NCBI GenBank assembly: GCA_964247055.1
Contig: OZ176058.1
Location: 2,790,001-2,854,000 of the forward strand
Source of the DNA: Paragordius varius
Lineage: Eukaryota; Animalia; Nematomorpha
Reading direction: 5' to 3'
Length of the DNA: 64,000 bases
In this document: positions 53,601 through 64,000 of the stretch, piece after piece
Position numbering within the stretch: the first letter of the stretch is position 1
How the letters are laid out: every line of letters begins with the position of its first letter
Notes under the pieces: generated by a model
Databases searched by the model: none
What the model was told of the DNA's origin: nothing
Seen by the model: only the letters and a program-made list of their open reading frames with translations
Position numbers and translations under genes: made by a program

Positions 53601-56334
53601 CAACAAAATACAGTTATTTAATTAAAAAGTTTATTTAAGATGCAAATAAATTATTGATTATAAAGGCGAAATCAGTAAAAATCTTGACTTTAAAGGATTT
53701 AGTTTAATTTTGGAATATTTAAAAAGATTTTTAGCATAAATTTTAAGCTTATCAAATATAAATGATTATTTTCTGGATATTGTTTACGCTGAAGTGTGAT
53801 TGTATTATTATATATGGAATAGTTCAGCAAAAATATATAAATTTATTATAATATTTCGATTACTACAAGTAATCTTTGTCCAACGTAAAAATAAAATTAA
53901 AATATAAACTAAAATTTAAATTATAAATTACAAAAGGAAAGTTATAATAATTTTATAATAGAGATAGGAGTTGTCCAAAAGGTTAAATAGGATAAAAATT
54001 GAAATCATAGGGACTAAACGTAAAAATATAAACAAAAAAGACGCTGTACTTTTTTAAACTTGATTTCTACATAAAACACATTGTCATAAATTACAAATAA
54101 TTAAATAAAGATATATATTGGTAACATACAATTAATAATTTGTAGAATTGTAATTAAATAATTTATATGGGGTTTAAAAAAGTAGAGCGATATGTCTTTA
54201 TAAATTTTTACAATAAATTCGAAAACAAACTTTTGCTCAGAATTTATTTTTTAGGTTTTTCAAAATTTTTGATCGAAATGGGGTTAAAATTGAACCTTCT
54301 CCAATCAGGTGACGACCATCGCCCATATGACCAGGTATATGAGCACCATTATAATATTCATTCCGTACTAATCGTTGGCGACCCCATTCATCTAAGCTAT
54401 TGTTTTCTAAAACGAAAGTTTATTTAAATAATGCTATAAAATATATGTTTATATTAAGATTGGTTAAATTTTTAACAGGAAAACTTGAAAAATATTTTAT
54501 TTTGGAGCATTTAAAATTACTTAAATTATAATTGCGCAAAATAATTTTATTAAAAGATAACTAGGGGATTAGTTTTTTAATATATATCTACATAAATGGT
54601 GGACAAATGGTTAAATAAAAAAGGCAACTTAATTAATGGTTCACGAGTTTATGGAAAATTTGTTATATAATAAATAAAAAAGAGTTTTATATAATACTCT
54701 TAAATAAGTCAAGTAAAAAAAACAAGAGGTATATATTTCTAAAATCTTGTGAACCTATATTATTTTTACCATAAATATGGCTTCCATTTAAGTTATTGCT
54801 ATTATAGCCAGATTTTATTTTTTCAAATTTTTTATTATGAACAACAAAATTACCAAAATTATTGCTATTTTATAATTTTTTTATTCATGAATACCTTCAT
54901 TTTTGCTATTATAGATACTCCATAAATTTAAATAATCAAAATTTTAAAACCGACATGTCTCTTCTTACAAAACTAATTTTTTCCTAAAAACTTTTTTGTC
55001 TTAAAACTTTAATACTTTATAAATATGGCCCCCTTCGAATTTTAAAATATTATATTAGTACTTTTGTAAAATATTAATTTATAACCGAAATTTCCTATTA
55101 AAAATCTTAATTTTTCTTTTAAACTAAAATTTTTAATTTTATGAAATCTACCTTCATTATTTTCATCATAAATATGGCCTCCATTTAAGTTATTGCTATT
55201 ATTATATGCAGATTTTTCATTTTTTAAATCATTTTCGTTTTCGTTAATGATATGATTGGGTGATGAGTTTGATTCAAGCAATCGTTTTCCCTTCAAAAGT
55301 GCAGCCGTGTGGGCCCGGGTATAAAAGATTAGGAATAGTGAGATAACTAAAAAATAGAAAATAACTCATAGAGAATTAATATTGGCTTAAATGGTCTTAA
55401 TTGGGTTAAAATACATTAGTTCATTAAAATGTTGGTTAAAATTTATGTAAAGTAAAAAATCATTTTATTAAGATATCAAGAGGTATATATGCTTAAAAAG
55501 TCATAAAATATTGAAATATTAAAAATAGAGAAAAATTATTGATTTCTTGGATGTAAAATATTACATATAAGACTATAGGGCTTGTATATAAAAGATTAGG
55601 ATAACTATAAAATCAATTTTAATTAGAATCTTTATTTGATTGAATGTAATTATTCAGTAAAATGACTTTAAATTGGTTAAAATTCAGGTAATACAAAAAT
55701 TAAGATCTCTTTTATGTTAATATTGAAAAATTTAATATAAAACCATTTTTTTAATATTTACAAAAATATTTTTTTTTATAATCAATATTTCTAGAAAACC
55801 AACGCTAAACTTTTTTTTATTATTAAAAAACTCAATTACATTTTACTCTATTTTTATATTTAAAAAATGTTTCAAAAATAATTTTTTATAAAATTTTATA
55901 CCTAAAACAATGCATAAAGCTAATATTATAGCAGCCAAAGCGGATTGAGATAAACTGAGAAAAACAGTTGCTCCTCTTTTATCGATCATGTGATCGCGTC
56001 CAAAACCGCCCTCTAGGTTTAGTGTGCCATCAGCTGTTACGCCCGTATTACATTCACAGCGGGAACACCCATACCCAGCTGGACAAATGCATTCAAAGGG
56101 GGCACCTATTATAAATTTTTTTGCGGTTTAGGAATAATAAATTAATATCAAATATATTATTTTAATAAATATATAATATAAATAAACTATAAATGTTGAG
56201 TAGTGATAAAATAAATTAAATAATTTAAAAAAAAATATTTAAATATACTAGTCCAATTGAAAATTGGGATTTTCATAAATGATGCATAAATAGAATAAGT
56301 TTAATAGGAAAATTTTTTTCAAACTAAATTTTTC

Positions 56335-56430
<96 letters not shown>

Positions 56431-59400
56431 ACTGTTAAGATGCCTATATACAATCAATAATGTTTCATTAGTATAAGTTTATATTAAAGCAGATTATATT
56501 TTTATCAATAATGAAACAATAAAATCGAGAAAAAAATCTTAAAAAAAAATTTAAATTTATCTTTTATTGTTTTAAAAAAAACAAAATTACGTTCTAATTA
56601 TTATTATCGGCTAAGAAAAGAATAAACATTCCCATTAAGACAAGAGTTACAGGCTAACAATAAAGACATACTTACATAAATAAACCATAATTTACCCACA
56701 TTTTCCACATTATTAAACTAGTAAAAATCTCAAATCTAAATTTTCCATTCAATATATTAGATTAAATTTTTTTTTAAAAAAGTCACATTTCTATTCTGAT
56801 AATTTTCTAGCAAGACTTTTGTCTAATATCTTCAATAATTTAAAAATCTCCAAAAAGTTTTACACTAATTACTTATTTTTTGAAAAAAACTACATAATAT
56901 CTTTAAACAAGGGCCAATTTGACTTTTCTTTAACAAAAATAAAATACAAATAGGTAAATTATGTTGCGAGCTAATTTCTAAATTAGATATGACCTTAAAG
57001 TCTTATACAAAAGCTTCAACAAATCTCTTGAGACCAGTATGAAATCTATTTGTGATTTATGTATGCTTTTGTAAGTTATTAAACTTTCTTTTTTCAAAAA
57101 ACGCATGTTTGCTATAGCCAAGTGGGATTGTGCAAATCTAAGTAAATTGATTCCTTCCTCGTTTCTTTCTTCTCCATAAGAATGTCTCCCCGCGTGCCAT
57201 ATTTCAAAAGGTTCCACATTTGCACCCACAATTTGGGTATAGCAAACATGCGTTTTTAGAAAAAAGAGCGAGTCATCTAGTAACTTACAAAAGTGGCATA
57301 TACATAAATCTCAAATAGATTTTATACTAGTCCCAAGAGACTTATTGAAGCTTGTATAAGACTGTAGGTCGTTCCAAATTTAGAGATTAGCTCGCAACAT
57401 AAATTTATCTGTCAATTTTTTGTGAAAGAAAAGTCAAAACAAATTGCTCCTGGCTCAAAGAGATAAAAATTATAAAGTGGCAAAAAATTTCTGAAAAAGT
57501 ATGCTTTCCTAAAAGAAATCAGGTTGTCCGAGGATAGTGGGTTAAATGGTGAAAGGGATTAAGTCAGTCAGTTAATCAAAAAGGCAGGAACTCTAGTTTG
57601 TGGATTAAAAGGCGGTAAATCTCAAGTATACAGCGAGGCTTGGCTTTACGATAAAAGCATAATATTGATGTCATGAAAAGGAAGGCTTTTGACAAATTGA
57701 AACAGACAAGGAAAGATGATAATTGAGAGAAATATAGAAGTTCAAATAGGGAATCGAAAAAATTAGTCGATTAAGCAAGAAAAGATGAATTTATTTTATG
57801 ATGAGTTAAATAGTAAACAAAATGTAAAGTTGCGCAGCAAAGGAAAAAACGCAGGATGGATTTATACCAGGTTATGTGACTGCAGTAAAAAGAAAAGATG
57901 GAAACTTGCTGTGCGAAAATACAGAAATATTAAAAAGATGGAAAGTGTACTTTGTGAGTTTAGGGGTAGGCGAGATATTTTTATCAAACAGAGTCGAAGC
58001 TACTGATAGACCAATAGAAGCAATTACAGAAAAGGAGATAGAATGCAATTTATTAGAAACGCCAAACAATAAGGCTGTCGGATTGGACGACATGATATAA
58101 ATTGTTGGGAAGTGCTTGGAAAAGCAGAATTAAATTTCTTGGAACGTGTTTTTAATAAAATTGTTACAACTTGTGAAATCCCTGTTGAATGGAAAGAAAG
58201 TTTCACTGTGCCTTTAATAAAAGGAAAAGGTAATATAGATGAATGTAGTAATTATAGAGGGATAAAACTTATGTCGCACACTATGAATTGTTTGAAAAAA
58301 TAATTGAAAAGCGAATCAGGAAAATGATATCTATAGGAAATCAATTTGGTTTCATGCCAGGAAAGTGAAGAATAGACCCTATACATGCGGTTAGAAGGTT
58401 GATTGAAAACCACATTGAAAAAAAAAATTACACGGGGTTTTAATTGACATAGAGAAGGCTTTTGACAGAATTCCTAGAAAAACTATTTAGTGGAGTCCCC
58501 GTCGTAAAAATATGCCACAAAGTTATAAGTTGTTACAAATGATGTACGAATCCCACACCTCCAGTATTAAAGCTTTAAAGATTAATAGAGCCCTTTTCAA
58601 TAAAGCATGAAGTCTACCAAGGCTCATCACTCAGCCCCTTATTGTTTTATGAACGAGATAGCAAAAGTTATTAATGTAAGGTCAGGTTGGTACTTAATGT
58701 ATGCAGATAACATAATCATCTTATCTGAATCTCTGGTTGAGTTAAAGCGAACAGTAAACAGATGGGTTATTATACTTAATCAAGACGGTCTGAAAGTAAA
58801 TAAAACAAAAACAGAATTTATTACTTTTGGGGGTTCACAACATGAAATGGTAGTTGATGATGGTTGAGTTTTGAAGGGTAAAGAAAGGAGCAAATATTTG
58901 GGGGCAACGTTAAGTTCAGATGGATCGTTGACCGATGATATTAATTTAAGAATAAAGATTGGGTAAATTGGAAAAAAATTTTAAGCGCGTTATGTGATTA
59001 AAAAATTGTTGTTATGAAAGGTATGATATACATTTCAGTTGTTCAACCCGGAATGATGTATAATTCACAGACGTGGGGGGTGTCAAAAAATCCGAAGAAA
59101 GACATTTCAACATCAAGGATATGAAAATGCTTAGAATGATGTGTGAGGTAACAAGAAACAGAATAAATATATTTGTGGGAGCACAGAAAGATGTTATACC
59201 AATAGTGGAAAAAATGACAAAAAATAGGTTACGTTGGTTTGGGCACATTGAAAGAAGAGATTCTAATTATATTGCAAAAATAATAGATAGTCATATAGTT
59301 GAAGGAAAACAAGGACGTGGGGGCCTAAAACGAGATGGATAGACACATTAAAAAGAGAGGGCTAACAGAATATGAGCTTAATGCAGAAGACGCCTTAGAT

Positions 59401-62400
59401 AGATTTCTCTCACGAGTGAAAACATGTAATGTAATAATATACAGTAGCGTATGGCATAAAACATTATTAGTCCATAAAAGAGTAAAAAAATGTTTTTTTT
59501 AAAAAAAATCAAGCCTAGTTGTGCACACATATATAATATCCCCCCCCCCCTTGTTTTTTTAAAAAAAACATTTTTTTAATTCTTTTATGGGTTAAAATTG
59601 TTTTATGCCATACGATCCTGTATATAATTATAACCACAATTATATACGGAAAAAAATAAAAACTTTAAAAAGAGTTTTCAAATTACCATTCAACATATTG
59701 GATAAAGAGATTATTTGTTGTCTTAATAAAGTCACGTTTCTATCATTTTGGACTCTGGAAATCAACAAATTTGCAAAAGAATTTCTTGTAGAAGAACTTT
59801 GTCTAAAATCCTGATCCTGAGAAGGTTGAGAATTAAGCAAAATATTTGCAAGAGATTGACAGTATCCCCCATTGAGACAAGGATTATATGTTAAAGCATT
59901 GCAAATATCCAACACAGGTACACATAAGCCAAGGTTAACATTAAGTTGCGTTCCAAATGGACAACTATATATTAGTAATATAAAAAATTAAAAAGTAAAA
60001 ATATAAAATTAATATTTAAAATAAGTCATAAAAATAAATATATTTTTGAGAATTTAAAATCATAATTATAATATATATGTATATTTATGGCACACATATT
60101 ATATTATTATTAAATTTTATAAAATTAATTTTTATATTTGTTATAATCTTAGAATTTTAACTATTTTTTATCATAAGGGGTAAATTTTGTCTATATTCAG
60201 CTTTTACCTAAGGAAAATTGGTATACCAGATAGCAAAAAATATAATAAATGCATATATATATATATATATAATATGTTTTTTTAAAGAAAATAAAATATT
60301 TAAACGATAAGAAAAATCGAATCGAAAGTAATTTATTTTAATTTTTTTAATGATTTTACAATGTATAACAATTTATTATTGCAATTTAACAATTTCGAAC
60401 AAATGAGGTTTCAGAAACAAAGTATTTGATCGTTAATAAGAAATCATAATATAAAATATGGGCTTTTAAGGAAAATTATATTATTTTGCAAAAAAATGTA
60501 TTTTTAATATATATTTTGTTTATAGTAATTTTCAAAATATTCCAAAAATATCCATTAAAATAATTTTAAAATTTAAAATTCCGAATTTTAAAATAATATT
60601 TTTCAAACTCTTACATGCATTGGTATAAATGTTCTTGTTGAGATTGATATATTGACATAAAGCTTTTTGACATACGACCACTGCCAGAAAATCCAAAATC
60701 TTGACAAATAAAAGTTGGCGGGCAACTTCCGCGTTGGTTTCCATGGTAACACAAATTTAAATTTTGATTTATTGGCGCGTTTTTAATAGAGTCAGAATCA
60801 AAAATTTTATTTTTCGCTTTTATATTTTTATTTCTCCGGTTATTGTAATTTATATTTAAAAGCGGATCATTTACAGCTAGAGTGAATTGGTTAATAATTG
60901 CAGTATTTTCAGCACATTTTTGTTCAAAATTAATATTACTTTGTTCTTGAAAATTTCCGGCGACAGAATCCATAAAAAAATGTTCAATGATAGTGTGATA
61001 ATCTTGATTTTTATTGTTTAATGGGATATTTTTGTTAATATTGTTTTTATTGTCGTTAGTATTAGAAAAATCAGGTGATATGGACATATCAATACGTTTT
61101 CCATCAAACCAGGCATTAGAGATACGGCCTATTTTTAAACAATATAAAAGTAAGTAGATTTATAAAAATGTTATATAAAGGAACTTCAAATTAACCCTAA
61201 AATAATACATATGTTTTTGGGCTTAGTTTATTTTTTGTCAATTATACCAGGTTTTATTATTTGGAAATATTAACGAATATACGTATTTTGAATTCCAATA
61301 ATAAAATTTATATTTAGGGTGAATTTGAAATGTTCAAGGGTGTAATATGAAATATCAAGGATGGTGAAATTCATGTGTAAATGGTATAAAAGATTTAAAC
61401 TTTTTAATTTGTTGTAAAAATGATATAAATAAAAAAAATTGGGTTGGTTTTAAAACATCCGAATGTATATATTACGAATTGAAAATTATTATATTATAAA
61501 AGTCAATAATATTAAACCATATATTATATACAATAAAAATAATTTAAAATATGATAACCTAGATTTTAAATTTGAATTGTTTTATAAACATTAATAAAAG
61601 TAACCCATAAACGGATATTTAAGGCATCTTTCCCTAGATCAATTTCTTTTACCAAGTTAAAAATTCAATCAAAAATCAAAGATTAAATTTAAAAAAAAAT
61701 GTTATAAAATTTAATTAATATAAAAAAAAGTTTTGTTATTTTTCAAATAATAAAAAAAGTACCAAAAAACGAATATTTAAGGGCATTTTTACCTTGTCCA
61801 ATATCTTTACAGATAATTTAAAATCAAAACTATATTGTGAATCAAAACGTATTTATTTATAAAATAATAAATATCCATAAAATTGATAATTTTATGGGCA
61901 GTTATAAAATTTTTAAAAAGATAAAATTTAATAAACAAATCAGTAAAACTAGAAAAATTTGAAATATTTTAATTAATAAATAAAAAAGATAATATTTATT
62001 AAACAATACCATATAAAAATTGTGAGAAAATAGTAAATTTGTTAAATTTAATTATATAAAAAATAAAATTTTATAAATTATAAAAAATACAATCAAAAAT
62101 TGTTTTATATTTAAAAAAAAACTACCCAAAAAGGGATATTTAAGAGCATTTTTCCCTTGTCCAATTTCTTTGACTGAGGCGCCCAAATAAACGTTTCGGG
62201 CATCGAGAATTAATTTATGTTTAGCCATATATGCCGATTCTAAAGAAAATGCAAAGTAAAAAAATAAAAATAAACATTTGCAAAATAATTTATTTATATA
62301 TTTAAAATTTTACCATCTATAAAATTTAAATACCATTTATAGTTTAAATTCATTCTTAAACAATTCAAATTAATTACTTAACAATTCAAATTCAACCTAA

Positions 62401-63753
62401 AAATAAATTATGTGTTTTCAAACTAATCTAACTTAATATTAATATAAAATATATCTTTATGCTATTGTTGTTTTTTTTAGTATTATTTCAATTTTAAACA
62501 AAATTTTCAAAAAACATATAATTTATTTAAGGGTGAATTTTGTAAATGGTATATGATGATGATGTATAATTATATATATATATAAATCTATATATAAAAA
62601 TTAAAATATTTTTTAAATTTTCTAATCAAATTACAATTATATATATAAAAAACAATTTATTACAACTAAAAATCCCTATTTAAAATTACAGTAATAAAGA
62701 AAAATCTTGAATTCCTAACAAATTTTAACTAATAACTCTTTCATACTAATATTTTACCTTCAAAAGATTCCCAAATTTTAGCTGTAAGGCCCATACGGTT
62801 TTCCAAGGGTCCCCCCTTTTCTTGCCCAAAAGTTACGTTCATATCATCAGTTTTTTGCGTAGGAAAAGTACCGTAGTGATTTAAATTTTTGTCTGAATTA
62901 TATATGGTAAAAAGTGAATTTAAAATGATGAAACAATTGAATGACAAATATTAAAGCAAAAAAACAAATCATACGTTTTATTTATTAATAATGTAAAACT
63001 AGGGATATATCAAAAAGATTATATTTTTTATTTGATTTTTTTAACCCTAGATTTAGATTGTAAAATAAAGAATAAAAATAAAACACTTAATTTTATAATC
63101 AAGGGTTTATAAAATGATAGCCATTTTTAAATTATGTTTTAAAAAATTTGTCTAAATAAAATTTGTCATTATAATTTTTTACTATGAAAAGAAAATGAAC
63201 TATTGATTGTTTAAAAACTTATTGTTTTAGGTTACAATATAGGGAATAGAGATGTTTAATATCACTCATTTTTTTATCTAAAAAAAACAAGATTTAAAAA
63301 AATTTGTCATTTTAATTTTTTTGTTTACAAAAATTGAAATTATACGGACAAAACGTAAAAATATAAAGATAATTATTTTTTTCAAAACTGATGTACTCTT
63401 TTATACATGGTTTTTTAATATAACTAACTCATCGTTTAAAATTGCAAAGTATGAAATAAAGATTTATAATGGTAATAAAATTAATTTGTATATTTTAAAA
63501 TTGTATATAAACAATTTACATAAAAAATAAGGTTAAAATATTATTATGTTAATATTTTAATGTCTTGTTTTAGAGAAAAAAATGCAATTTTTATTACTGT
63601 AAAAACTAGCAAAAGGATCAAAATAATTGCTTGAATAGAAAGTGTGGTCACGTGCTCCGCAATTAAAAATGCTAATCTTAGCAATGGGACCTTCTCGAAC
63701 GATTTTAATATGTTTCCAATTACCATCGGTTAAGCGACATTCCTTATTTAAAT
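50604..63753 (-). CDS. Classical cadherin, non-chordate type (DN-cadherin / HMR-1-like), 3' portion: LamG, two EGF, TM, cytoplasmic catenin-binding domain; 5' part lies beyond the window
   Basis: Exons (minus): 63753-63598, 62892-62758, 62239-62126, 61128-60615, 59964-59687, 56105-55902, 55346-55152, 54406-54296, 53524-53345, 52648-52376, 50773-50604. Phases consistent. LamG (LTDGNWKHIKIVREG; NVYLGA; GRISNAWFDG), EGF (PCLNGGYC..FECICPAGY), TM (LAAIILALCIVLVISLFLIFY), FDLDRLRRPI, FAYEG..SLSSL, FDCIADWGPQFKRLAD. Confidence 0.92.
51884..52275. mobile_element. MITE family B (TIR CCATTTACAGTTCAAATTCACCCT, subterminal 21-bp tandem repeats)
   Basis: TATA|CCATTT .. AAATGG|TATA with AACAATTCAAATTCACCCTCG repeats in both arms. 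Other copies at about 11688-11902, 23210-23393, 24514-24775, 33276-33540, 43743-44027 and 62335-62550. Confidence 0.85.
56340..56424. repeat. (TA)n microsatellite
   Basis: About 85 bp of near-perfect TA repeat. Shorter tracts near 40105, 47876, 39015 and 24780. Confidence 0.95.
56960..59430 (+). mobile_element. Degenerate RTE-like LINE (frameshifts and stops) with inverted 5' segment, in a cadherin intron
   Basis: ORF fragments: minus-strand GEERNEEGINLL..QIDFILV (APE, 56978-57229); plus-strand NKAVGLD, KGKGNIDECSNYRGIKLMSHTM, LMYADNIIIL, RLRWFGHIER (RT and C-terminus). Short TAAT-type tail near 59430. Confidence 0.88.
59442..59620. mobile_element. Short MITE (TIR CAGTAGCGTATGGCATAAAAC); second copy at about 13551-13695
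   Basis: Inverted ends GCGTATGGCATAAAAC / GTTTTATGCCATACG with TA flanks. Both copies share ATTATTAGTCCATAAAA. Confidence 0.65.
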
Positions 63754-64000
63754 CTAAATATAAATAATAATAATAAAAAATGTTGGAAAAAATATATTCG
63801 GAAAAAATAAAAATTTGTTTTTTGGATGGAATTTTAAATTTAATTTGGAAATAGTTAAGATAAAATGTATAAAAAACAACAATTAATTATTTGGGGAAAG
63901 TAATATAAAAAAAAATAATTTTGAAAAATTGGTAAAAGCAAAAATATTTATATAAAATATAAATTAGGAAAAATATATAATAAAAAACAAGATATTGTAA

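Overview
Very AT-rich, intron-rich invertebrate animal genomic DNA; I cannot assign the species from sequence alone. I spliced four protein genes by hand, all on the minus strand, with GT-AG sites and matching exon phases: (1) a two-domain YitH-like GNAT acetyltransferase (2658-12593, 4 exons); (2) NOB1 (19910-27180, 9 exons); (3) eIF2-beta (30390-39855, 9 exons); (4) the 3' part of a non-chordate-type classical cadherin (LamG-EGF-TM-catenin-binding tail, 50604 to beyond 64000, 11 exons in window). An intact RTE-clade LINE and a decayed, 5'-inverted RTE LINE lie antisense in introns. Several MITE and non-autonomous DNA transposon families fill the rest. Main unexplained structure: many exons are flanked by tandem 'echo' arrays of their own ends, splice site included, with copies decaying away from the exon. 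The clearest case is eIF2-beta exon 6, with 9 donor-bearing copies in a higher-order repeat on one side and 7 or more acceptor-side copies on the other. The same gene needs two consecutive 26-nt introns to stay in frame. No rRNA, tRNA, snRNA or CRISPR array was recognised.
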